Shown piece after piece: positions 9,059-17,729 of a stretch of DNA of 62,589 nucleotides. Made by a program: the position numbers and the translations under genes. Where the stretch lies: positions 1 through 62,589 of the forward strand of contig JBLNDL010000006.1 in assembly GCA_050261575.1 (NCBI GenBank). Direction: 5' to 3'. Source of the stretch: Sphingomonadaceae bacterium (lineage in GTDB: Bacteria; Chloroflexota; UBA6077). The stretch's first letter is position 1; every line of letters starts with the position of its first letter. The notes beneath the pieces are model-generated. The model made no database searches, was not told the origin of the DNA, and was given only the letters and a program-made list of their open reading frames with translations.

Positions 9059-10030
9059 GTGGACATTCGCGCCGTCTCCGAGGCCCACGCCTTAGCGCTC
9101 AGGGCCGAGGGTCGATCCGAGCACACCGTCAGTTGGTACCGCGTTGCCGTCTCCCAGCTCTCCCGGTTCCTCGCCAGCCGTGGCCTCACAGAGATCGAGC
9201 AGGTGAGGACCGAGCACGTGCGAGCCTTCGCACTGTGGCTGAAGGACAGCCGCTCAGACAACCCCCTCACTGGCAAGGCCAGGTCCCTTTGCGACCGCAG
9301 CGTGCGAGACCGTGTGGCCGCCATCAAGGGCTTCTTCGCCTTCGCCGCCAGAGAGGGCTATTTGGACAGGAACCCCCTGGAGCACTACAGCCTTCCTAAA
9401 GCGGAGAAACGAGTCATCATGCCCTTCACCGAGGCGCAGGTCGAAGCGATGCTTTTCGGCCTGAACCTGAAGGACCGGTTGGAGCTGCGTAACGCCTGCA
9501 TCCTTCTCTTCCTGCTGGATACGGGTGTGAGGGTCTCAGAGCTGTGCGACCTCAAGCGGGAGGATGTGGACTTGATTGCAGGGGTAGCGAAGGTGATGGG
9601 CAAGGGGCGGAAGGAGAGAGTCGTCTACTTCGAGAGCACGACCAAGAGGCTTCTGATCCGCTACGTGTATGGCGGTGCGAAGGAGAGCCAGTACCTCTTC
9701 ACCAACCGGAGTGGAGAGAAGCTCTCAAGAGGGGCGGTTCTGGACATGGTCGGGGACTTGGCTCGTCGGGTGGGGGTGACGGGGGTACGCGCAAGCCCCC
9801 ACACCCTCCGCCACACGTTCGCCGTCCGCTACCTGCTGGCTGGCGGGGATCAGTCGAGTCTCCAGGTGCTGCTCGGGCACTCCAGTTCGGAGATGGTGCA
9901 GCGGTACGTCCACCTCACAAAGGCCCAGGTGCAGGCTCAACACTCCCGTTTCTCTCCCGTGGAGAGACTGGGGCTCGGGAGGGTAGTCGAGAGGCTGAAC
10001 AGCAGGCGGCCCAGGCCATCCCGACCGTGA
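9059..10030 (+). CDS. Tyrosine integrase
   Basis: TGVRVSE, GKG.KER, HTLRHTFA, LLGH, RY catalytic set; next to attL. Confidence 0.95.
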   Translation: MDIRAVSEAHALALRAEGRSEHTVSWYRVAVSQLSRFLASRGLTEIEQVRTEHVRAFALWLKDSRSDNPLTGKARSLCDRSVRDRVAAIKGFFAFAAREGYLDRNPLEHYSLPKAEKRVIMPFTEAQVEAMLFGLNLKDRLELRNACILLFLLDTGVRVSELCDLKREDVDLIAGVAKVMGKGRKERVVYFESTTKRLLIRYVYGGAKESQYLFTNRSGEKLSRGAVLDMVGDLARRVGVTGVRASPHTLRHTFAVRYLLAGGDQSSLQVLLGHSSSEMVQRYVHLTKAQVQAQHSRFSPVERLGLGRVVERLNSRRPRPSRP

Positions 10031-10261
10031 TCTCACGACCTGGCATGCGGAGGAGGATATGCCGGCGGCACGCGAAGTGCTCGCAGCGGCGGGTGCCAGG
10101 GGAATTGGAGCCTGTGGTTGGGCAGCCAGGGAAGAGCGCTGGAGACGACGAGAGTCCAGCTGTTGATCTCCGACTTCAGTTGAATCGAGCCGCCGTTCAA
10201 TTGGTCCACCACTCCCCGAACGTCTGCCATCCCATAGAGTAGACAGGAGACTCAACACCAC

Positions 10262-10480
10262 ATGAAAGGGTATCTGGAGAAGATGCGAAAGGATGCCGAG
10301 GTTGAAGGGCTGCCCCCCTCCCGATTCGCGGACCGGGCTGAGGGGAGGAGCTGGCGCATCATTCCCGATGAACTGTTCGACAGGGCGCTCCAGGAGCTAG
10401 AGGAGCATCGGACGGCCGAGGAGAGGCTCCGCGACATCGAGGAGTCTGCAGAGGCGCCTGAAGAAGGCAGCAAGGACTGA
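10262..10480 (+). CDS. Small hypothetical protein (possible excisionase or regulator)
   Basis: AGGAGA RBS, 72 aa, downstream of the integrase. Confidence 0.5.
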   Translation: MKGYLEKMRKDAEVEGLPPSRFADRAEGRSWRIIPDELFDRALQELEEHRTAEERLRDIEESAEAPEEGSKD

Positions 10481-10625
10481 CGGCCCCTCCCCGAGCAGAG
10501 GTGTCTGATGAAGCCCCGAAGACACAGCCGTTCCCGCCCGTGCATATCCGCATAGGCCGATGACAGATCTGCATGTGAGTGTGCAGATACGTCACTCCCT
10601 CCCCATCGAAAAGGGGGTCCCAATC

Positions 10626-10672
10626 TTGACACGGGAAGTCTCGGCCATACAATAGTAATAGAACAAAAGTTC
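10626..10672 (+). promoter_or_regulatory. Sigma70-type promoter with LexA-type box
   Basis: TTGACA-N16-TACAAT, then GAACAAAAGTTC at 10661-10672. Confidence 0.7.
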
Positions 10673-10870
10673 AACTCCAGGACAGCCGAATAGACCCAAC
10701 CGGCCGGTAGGGAGTTCCCTCACCGGTCCTTTCATGCCCTTTTCGGCCCCGGAACATTCCCGACTGCCTAAGCGAGGCAGCCGCGGTAGTCTCAGGCACC
10801 CTCTCCCGAGATCCTCGATGCCCTCTCCAGCGGCGCCTCGCAGGTAATCCCAATTCACGGAGGTGGAGGA

Positions 10871-11335
10871 ATGAACGCAACTGTCGAACGCCGCTTCGCG
10901 GCCAAAGTCCAGAGATCCGAGGACGGCTGCTGGATCTGGACTGGCTGCCTGAACAGCAGAGGCTACGGGTTGATATCGGTGGAGGGCCGCCCGGTCCTGA
11001 CCCACAGGTGGGTGTACGAATTCGTCAACGGCCCGATCCCGCAGGGATTCTACGTCCATCACACTTGCGGGGTCCGCCGCTGCTGCAACCCCGAGCATCT
11101 TCGGCTGGCCACCCACGCCCAGAACATGGCGGAGATGAGGGCCGCGGGCCGATCAACGCGGGGCGCGCGGAACCCCCGGGCCAAGTTGACCGAGGCCGAG
11201 GTGTTGGAGATCCGCGCTCGCTACGCCGCCGGCAACGTCTCCCAGTCCGCCCTTGCGCGGCGGTACGGGGTGACGCCACCTTCGATCAACGACATCGTCC
11301 ACCGCGTCAGCTGGCGAGACCTGCTGGCCGCGTAG
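10871..11335 (+). CDS. HNH endonuclease (phage HNH_3 type with C-terminal HTH)
   Basis: CWIW.G...GYG...HR..Y...GPIP...H.C..R.C.NP.HL; AKLT..V..IR...LARRYGV. Confidence 0.9.
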   Translation: MNATVERRFAAKVQRSEDGCWIWTGCLNSRGYGLISVEGRPVLTHRWVYEFVNGPIPQGFYVHHTCGVRRCCNPEHLRLATHAQNMAEMRAAGRSTRGARNPRAKLTEAEVLEIRARYAAGNVSQSALARRYGVTPPSINDIVHRVSWRDLLAA

Positions 11336-11347
11336 AAGGTAGCGACC

Positions 11348-11866
11348 ATGGGAGAGACGAGAGCAACCGTCGAAGAGCGGTTCTGGAGCAAAGTACAGAA
11401 GTCAGAAGATGGGTGTTGGGTCTGGAACGGTACGATCAGACAGACGGGCTATGGAACACTCAAGATCGGCGGGCGGATGGTCGCCGCTCACCGCCTAGCC
11501 TACGATCTCGTCAAGGGGCCGATACCTGAGGACATGTGTGTCTGCCACGCCTGCGACAATCGAACATGCGTCCGCCCAGACCACCTGTTCATCGGGACAC
11601 GGGCCGACAACAACCGCGACATGCGCATCAAGGGGCGTGCAGCAAGAGGAGAACGCCACGGCACCCACACACACCCGGAGCGCGTGCCGCGGGGCGAACG
11701 GGCAGCCAAAGCCAAGCTCACCAACCGCCAGGTGGTGGAGATACGTCGCCTGCGCGCCACGGGAGAGGCATCTTACGGCTCCCTGGCGCGGCGGTACGGG
11801 GTGTCTCATCGAGCCATCAAGAAAGCGATCACCGGGGAAAGTTGGGGCCACGTTGAAGCGGCATAG
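11348..11866 (+). CDS. HNH endonuclease, paralogue of the upstream gene
   Basis: Same motifs (CWVW, HACDNRTCVRPDHL, AKLT, LARRYGV). Confidence 0.9.
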   Translation: MGETRATVEERFWSKVQKSEDGCWVWNGTIRQTGYGTLKIGGRMVAAHRLAYDLVKGPIPEDMCVCHACDNRTCVRPDHLFIGTRADNNRDMRIKGRAARGERHGTHTHPERVPRGERAAKAKLTNRQVVEIRRLRATGEASYGSLARRYGVSHRAIKKAITGESWGHVEAA

Positions 11867-11879
11867 GAGGAACAACAAG

Positions 11880-12962
11880 ATGAGGAGAGCAATACGGAAC
11901 ACCGTTGGAAACACGGGCATCGTCAGCCTGGCGAGCGTCCCTATGCAGGATGTGAGCTGGTTTTGGAAAGGCTGGATACCGTTCGGCAAACTGACCCTGC
12001 TAGGCGGAGATGCGGGCACAAACAAGAGCACCTTGCTCATCGACATCGTTGCGCGTCTTACCTCTGGAAGAGGGTTTCCAGACGGTTCGCCGCCGGTCGA
12101 GCCGGGTAACGTGCTCTTGATAACGGCAGAAGACGACCTGGGCGACACTGTGGTGCCCCGTCTGCGGGCAGCCGAAGCCGACATCAGCCGGGTCACAGCG
12201 TGGAACGCCATACTCGACGAGAACTCAGGCTTGCCGCGGCCGGTTACCTTTCCCGATGACGCCGAACAACTCAGAGCACAGATATGTGAGCACGGAATAC
12301 GGTTGGTCATCGTTGACCCCATCACCGCTTTCTTGAAGAGGAGCATCAACTCGTGGAACGACGCCAGCTTTCGGCAAGCACTCACACCCTTGGCGACCGT
12401 AGCCGGGGACACCGGGGCAGCAATGGTCTTGATGGCGCACCTCAACAAGCGGGACTCGGGCAAGGTGCTCTACAGGGTTGGGGGGAGCATAGCCCAGGTA
12501 TCGCAGGCTCGCAGCGTCCTTCTTGTGGCCGAGCACCCGGAAGACAGGGAGAGGCGTATCCTCCAATGCATCAAGAGCAACTTGAGCGAGAAGCCGGACC
12601 CGTTGCTGTTCTGCCCTGAGGGGGTTGTGGTCGCGGGCCTGAATGAGAAGGTTGTACGTGTGAGATGGGAAGGGCTTGCCGATCTAGACGCCGAACACGC
12701 CCTCCAAGTGGCAAGTCCCCGTTCCAGCGGGCACACGCGGCAGGCACGTCCAAGAAGGCCCAGCCAAATGAGGCGGGCGATAGAGTACCTAGTGGAGACG
12801 GTCACCCCTGAGAGGCATGGCGCGGTGGCTCGCATCAAGGAGGGGGCCGATGAGCGGGGCATAGGCTGGTTCACGCTCCAGAAGGCCAAAGAGAGTCTTG
12901 GGCTGGAGTCGGCGAGGATCGACGGTCAGCCCGTATGGAGATGGCCAGAGACCGCCGCATAG
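11880..12962 (+). CDS. AAA_25 / RecA-like ATPase (helicase-like), phage or plasmid type
   Basis: Walker A GDAGTNKS, AEDD, Walker B VIVDP, HLNK, KSNL; ATG after AGGAGG. Confidence 0.85.
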   Translation: MRRAIRNTVGNTGIVSLASVPMQDVSWFWKGWIPFGKLTLLGGDAGTNKSTLLIDIVARLTSGRGFPDGSPPVEPGNVLLITAEDDLGDTVVPRLRAAEADISRVTAWNAILDENSGLPRPVTFPDDAEQLRAQICEHGIRLVIVDPITAFLKRSINSWNDASFRQALTPLATVAGDTGAAMVLMAHLNKRDSGKVLYRVGGSIAQVSQARSVLLVAEHPEDRERRILQCIKSNLSEKPDPLLFCPEGVVVAGLNEKVVRVRWEGLADLDAEHALQVASPRSSGHTRQARPRRPSQMRRAIEYLVETVTPERHGAVARIKEGADERGIGWFTLQKAKESLGLESARIDGQPVWRWPETAA

Positions 12963-13303
12963 TCTCTGGCGACCGAGACTCTTGCGCGCTTCACGGACTC
13001 CTCTTCAGCCGTGCTGGTCTGGCCGGTAGTGAGCGAGCACTCTGGTCGGCCACAGCCGGATTTCGGGAGCACCCGCCCAGCAGACGCGTCCAAGGGTGCC
13101 ACAAGGATGGCGCAATTGGCCAGGGTGACTCGTAGCAGGGCGGCCTGCTAGGCGACCGCATAACGGCTGTCGAGATGGTGGTACCCCTTGGAGATGGTGT
13201 AGGAAACGGACGCCGGCATTTGATCTGCGACTCCAGAACAAGCAGTCGGCCTCAGATCAGGTACGGAGCTGTGCACGGCGCGTCTGGGCCAGTATTAGGC
13301 AAC

Positions 13304-13340
13304 AAGAAAGCCCCTCTGGATTATCCAGAGGGGCTTCTTC
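13304..13340. terminator. Strong hairpin, possibly a bidirectional terminator
   Basis: AAGCCCCTCTGGA-TTA-TCCAGAGGGGCTT. Confidence 0.7.
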
Positions 13341-13688
13341 ATTACTATGTTGTGGAAGTGACATCCGTGTAGTGGTAGAATTGGACGGGGTTGGAGCGAC
13401 CCCACTCTTCACCACTTCCTCGCCTTTCTCTTGCATGGGCTCGTTTTCTGGATGAGTTGCAAAGTGAAATCGTTGCAGCAGAAGCGTGCCGCCGCCATCG
13501 CCCGCCTTGCTCGCGTCAACCGCGCCCTCGTCCAATGGGACGAGTGGGACGCGACGCAAACCATACTGCCCGCCACCCGGCCCCCGGGTCGAACGTCCCG
13601 TCCTGGGGCGGAAGGCGCTGGAGGCGTTGCGAAAGATGCTGTTGAGAATCTGGCGGAGATGGCGTTGATCTGAGAGCGGAGGAACTGA

Positions 13689-14501
13689 TTGGAGTTTCAA
13701 CTTGAGTCCTTACCGGCTCTGAGGAATCTGATGGCGCTGCAGCTCGGCAAGTGGACAGCTGTGGACAGCGCATCAGCGAACCCTGTTGTCATCAGGTTAA
13801 TGATGCATGGTTCCGGCCGTATGTATTGCACAACTTGCGGTCACAGTCACAGGATGGATGTTGCCGTGCTGTACGGGCCGACCTGCGAGCCAGTCGAGGT
13901 AGACGGGCAGCCTGGAGAACTTAAGTACGCCGTAACTGAAGACTCGATGGCCCCATCTCTGTACCAGTTCATTTGTGGGGAGTGCCGTACCAGGTACACT
14001 GCGCTGGTGTACCCCAGCCTGAACGGATCGTCTCTCGCGGTGTTCCCCTACTCCGGCGGCGGCCTATCCACACCGAGGACGCCGAAGTCAGTTGCCTTCT
14101 ACCTGGACCAGGCACACAAGGCTCAGTCGGTTGGAGCATTGAGCGCGGCCGTCACGATGTATCGCGCCGCCCTTGAACACATCCTGTTCGAGCAGGGCTT
14201 CAAGGTGCGCATGCTCGGCCCAAAGATCGCTGCGCTCAAGAAGGCCATAGAAGATGGCAACGCACCGGCTTGGGCTCGTGATCTTGACATTGAATTTGTC
14301 GAGGTGCTCGGGGAGTTGGGCAACTACTCGATCCACCCCAACGATGGGGATATCGAGAAGCAGAGAGCCTTCGATGCCCCACTGGTGGCTCGTGTCAAGG
14401 ACGCTCTGGTCGAGTTGCTGGACTTGGTGTACGAGGTTCCGGCACGTCGCGCTGAAAGGTTGGAGGCGCTGCGGGCGACAAAGGCTCAGTTGAAGTCGTA
14501 G
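13689..14501 (+). CDS. DUF4145 (HEPN-like) protein with N-terminal CxxC pairs
   Basis: AAVTMYRAALE...L..KI..L...GNYSIH. Confidence 0.75.
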   Translation: MEFQLESLPALRNLMALQLGKWTAVDSASANPVVIRLMMHGSGRMYCTTCGHSHRMDVAVLYGPTCEPVEVDGQPGELKYAVTEDSMAPSLYQFICGECRTRYTALVYPSLNGSSLAVFPYSGGGLSTPRTPKSVAFYLDQAHKAQSVGALSAAVTMYRAALEHILFEQGFKVRMLGPKIAALKKAIEDGNAPAWARDLDIEFVEVLGELGNYSIHPNDGDIEKQRAFDAPLVARVKDALVELLDLVYEVPARRAERLEALRATKAQLKS

Positions 14502-14584
14502 GGGACATCTACGGAGGTGCCCATGCCCGACACCAGGAAGAACAGGCTCTGCTTCGGCAACAACATGGAGATACAGCGGTACCC

Positions 14585-15643
14585 ATGTCGCCCATAGACA
14601 AGCGCTACCAGGTCTTCGTCAGCTCGACATACGCAGACCTGCAAGAAGAGCGTCAGGAGGTGATGCAGGCTTTACTTGAGCTCGATTGCATGCCTGCGGG
14701 TATGGAGCTCTTTCCTGCGGCGAACGAAGACCAGTGGACGTTGATCAAGAGGGTGATCGATGACTGCGACTACTACATAGTCATCATCGCTGGCAGATAT
14801 GGGTCCATCGGGCCAGACGGTATCAGCTACACCGAAATGGAGTATCGATACGCCCTCGACACCGGCAAGCCTGTGATTGGCTTCATCCATAAGGAGCCCG
14901 GTGCTCTTCCGGCGAAGCGATGTGAGGATTCGGAAGAAGGCAGGCGCAAGCTGGCTCTGTTCTGTGATCTGGTCAAGAAGAAGGCGTGTCGCTTCTGGGA
15001 TAGTCCTGAGGACCTCGGGGGACAGGTCAGCCGAAGCCTGATCAGGCTCATGAAGGATCACCCTGCGATTGGGTGGGTTCGAGGGAACCTGGTACCCGAC
15101 CAGAGCGCTGCGGAGGAGCTTCTCGCATTACGTAGGCAGATTGAACACCTGGAGAACCAGCTTCAAGAGGCAAGACTTTCCGCGCCAGAGGGCACGGCTA
15201 TCCTTGCCCAAGGGTTGGACAAGTTCGCAATTCACTTCTCATTCCAGGCGTACAAGGGTCGGCGTATTGATGCGAAGTACTACACGCACAGCACCTACGT
15301 GACGTGGGATGAGATCTTCGCGGCTGTATCCCCCCTGATGATTGACGAGGCATCCGAAGCTGTGATCGTCCAAAGCCTCAGCATCCTTGCCCGCGACTCC
15401 TCGCTTGAGGAACTGCGAGGGCAGAAAGGATTCCGGGACTACACTCTCACGGATTTCAACATTAGCCAAGACGACTTCCAGACAACCAAGGTGCAGTTGC
15501 GTGCACTTGGACTGATCACGAAGAGCACCAAGAGCCGAAGCGTCAAGGATACGAGCACGTACTGGACTCTCACACCATACGGCGACACTGTGATGACAAG
15601 GTTGCGCGCAATACGTCGGCAGGATACATCTGGCACACCATAG
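14585..15643 (+). CDS. DUF4062 (TIR-like) domain protein
   Basis: YQVFVSSTY.DL.EER...GMELF...DYYIVIIAGRYGS...TE.EY.YA. Confidence 0.9.
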   Translation: MSPIDKRYQVFVSSTYADLQEERQEVMQALLELDCMPAGMELFPAANEDQWTLIKRVIDDCDYYIVIIAGRYGSIGPDGISYTEMEYRYALDTGKPVIGFIHKEPGALPAKRCEDSEEGRRKLALFCDLVKKKACRFWDSPEDLGGQVSRSLIRLMKDHPAIGWVRGNLVPDQSAAEELLALRRQIEHLENQLQEARLSAPEGTAILAQGLDKFAIHFSFQAYKGRRIDAKYYTHSTYVTWDEIFAAVSPLMIDEASEAVIVQSLSILARDSSLEELRGQKGFRDYTLTDFNISQDDFQTTKVQLRALGLITKSTKSRSVKDTSTYWTLTPYGDTVMTRLRAIRRQDTSGTP

Positions 15644-15978
15644 CCTCCAGGACAGTCCACTTCACGTCAACGAGATGTCACTCATTAGGGCTCACGACGC
15701 CGAGTGTGAAGCATGAGGAACAGGCCGCTTGATGCGTTGACGAAGAAGGGTTGACGTGGTGGAGGAAGAACTGATGCCCACGGCAGCCCATGAAACCCAA
15801 CATTCTCTTGCACCGGCGCACGGGCACTTTTCTGGATGGCTCGCGCCATAAGATCGTGACAGAAGAAGCGTACCGCCTCGTTGGAGATCGGTCTATTGTT
15901 TGTTGGCACACACGCTCGATGATCAGTGAACACGCAGGCGAAACGCCAAACGAGGCCACAGCAGAAAGGAAGGAGTCT

Positions 15979-17217
15979 ATGACCGACAGCCAGGCACCGC
16001 TAGAAGGCCTGCCGATGGTGACAGACCCCACGCGGTCGCAGAGCGAGAACGTGGAGACGGTGATCTCTCGCCTCAACAGCGGGCGCATTATCATCCCAGA
16101 CTACCAGCGAGACGCCGACCAATGGGATGCCCGAAAAGAGTCTCTCTTCATCGAGTCAGTCCTCAACAATCTAACCGTGCCTGCCTTCTTCTTCTCCGAA
16201 AGGCCTGATGGCACGATCGAAGTCATTGATGGCCAACAGCGCTTGAACACGCTTTGGAAGTACTCCAAAAATGAACTCGCGATCAGTGACGAAGAAGACA
16301 TGGTCTATCTCAGCCCCCAGAGCGTCCACTACCGGGGCAAGAAGCTGTCTGACCTGCATCAACAACTCCAAGCAGTCTTTCATGACTACCCTTTGACGAT
16401 TATCTACTTGCCGCGCAACATCGACCTTTCCAGCAAGCTCGAAATCTTCCGTAGGATCAATGAGGGTGGCACCCCCCTCACCGCGCAGGATATACGCCTT
16501 GCCTACTACAGCCAGTCGCAGTCGGTGATGTTCGTCCGGCTTGCCGGCCTGCATGGTAGTACTCAGGCTGCATCTCGCATGCTTGCTTCAGCTGAGAGAC
16601 TCGGCGTCGCAAACCCATGGGTGTCGAATCCAGAGGCTTTTTCGTATTGGTGTGACTGGTGGGAAGGGAAGACAAAATCCCGCGGCCAGACACCCTCGGA
16701 GATGTTCCTGTGGTACGAGGTCACTCTCCATAGGAACGCTCTGGACAATCTCGTCAGTTCTCCAGATCAGATGAAGCACCTTCCCATTACATTCCGGGGA
16801 AGCACCGAGGAAGTCCTCGACATTTACTGTGCTCAGCTTCACTGGAGCGACGCCCACGGCGGACCGACGGTCTTCCCAACGTATGCAAGCGGATTGCAGG
16901 TCGAATTCAACACATATGCAAACTGGCTGAAGAGCATTCTGGCGCGCGGCATGGCTGGCCTAAGCGTGGACAAGTACAAACAAGCATCTCTCCTTGTGGC
17001 GGCTGCAACTGAGTTAGGCATATCTCCCGACCAAATCTCGGATGACGCCTGGGATGCGATTGCCGACTTCATCCGTACCCCCCGTAAGGCTGGGAGCATA
17101 TGGTTCAGTCAAGGATGGGCCGAGCAGAAGGGACGTTGGCGAGGGGAGAAGGGGCAGAAATCACAGTGTGATCAGGTTGTCGTACTGCTTCAGAAGATCC
17201 TGGACAAGTACTCTTGA
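15979..17217 (+). CDS. DUF262 (ParB-like, GmrS-like) protein
   Basis: PDYQR, IDGQQRL.TL, F.RIN.GG.PL; ATG after AGGAG. Confidence 0.9.
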   Translation: MTDSQAPLEGLPMVTDPTRSQSENVETVISRLNSGRIIIPDYQRDADQWDARKESLFIESVLNNLTVPAFFFSERPDGTIEVIDGQQRLNTLWKYSKNELAISDEEDMVYLSPQSVHYRGKKLSDLHQQLQAVFHDYPLTIIYLPRNIDLSSKLEIFRRINEGGTPLTAQDIRLAYYSQSQSVMFVRLAGLHGSTQAASRMLASAERLGVANPWVSNPEAFSYWCDWWEGKTKSRGQTPSEMFLWYEVTLHRNALDNLVSSPDQMKHLPITFRGSTEEVLDIYCAQLHWSDAHGGPTVFPTYASGLQVEFNTYANWLKSILARGMAGLSVDKYKQASLLVAAATELGISPDQISDDAWDAIADFIRTPRKAGSIWFSQGWAEQKGRWRGEKGQKSQCDQVVVLLQKILDKYS

Positions 17218-17486
17218 GTTCGCGTCCACCCAACCTTCCAGAATGCGACACCCACGCAAGGAACTTCCCGAAGGAGTGGAAGGAGTCCTATTTCAGGCGC
17301 CATTTTGACAGCAGTGTCGGCGGCTATGTGTGTCCTGGCTGTCGCATCGTGTTCAGAGGCAGCAAGGGTTTCGATCAACTGCATGCTGATCACGTGATCC
17401 CTTTCAGCCATGGGGGACTGACAGTCTGGGACAACATGACACTGTTGTGTGGACCATGCAACATAAAGAAGAGCAACTCGCGGTGA
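17214..17486 (+). CDS. Small HNH endonuclease
   Basis: CPGC...DHVIPFSHGG.T..DN..LLC.PCN; 4-bp overlap with the DUF262 stop. Confidence 0.88.
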   Translation: MSSRPPNLPECDTHARNFPKEWKESYFRRHFDSSVGGYVCPGCRIVFRGSKGFDQLHADHVIPFSHGGLTVWDNMTLLCGPCNIKKSNSR

Positions 17487-17729
17487 AAACGAATGGGCGC
17501 GGATGTAAGCGCTGCACACGGGCTTCAGCTCAGTCGAGGGCTCCGCATAGGGCATCATTCACCTCACAAGAGATATCCCTTCAGCCTGCCCGACCAGTCG
17601 TGATTAACCAAGTACCTGCTCAACAACTCTTGAGTCTCGGGCACTGCAAACAGAAAAAGGAGAGGTCTAGCCTCTCCCCTTCTTCCGGGCGAGGAAAAGC
17701 CCCCTTCCCTTTCGGGTCGGGGGCTCTAG

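Noticed and set aside
10500..10530. Hammerhead ribozyme (CTGATGA)
   Set aside because: No stem II or GAAA core; folds as a simple GTGTC/GACAC hairpin
13391..13673. Two overlapping short ORFs that might be one frameshifted gene
   Set aside because: No recognisable motif; cannot be supported without a search
15790..15890. Integron attC-like sites between defence genes (also near 13157 and 19598)
   Set aside because: Only isolated AAC-type half sites, no convincing paired arms, and no IntI-specific insertion seen in either recombinase
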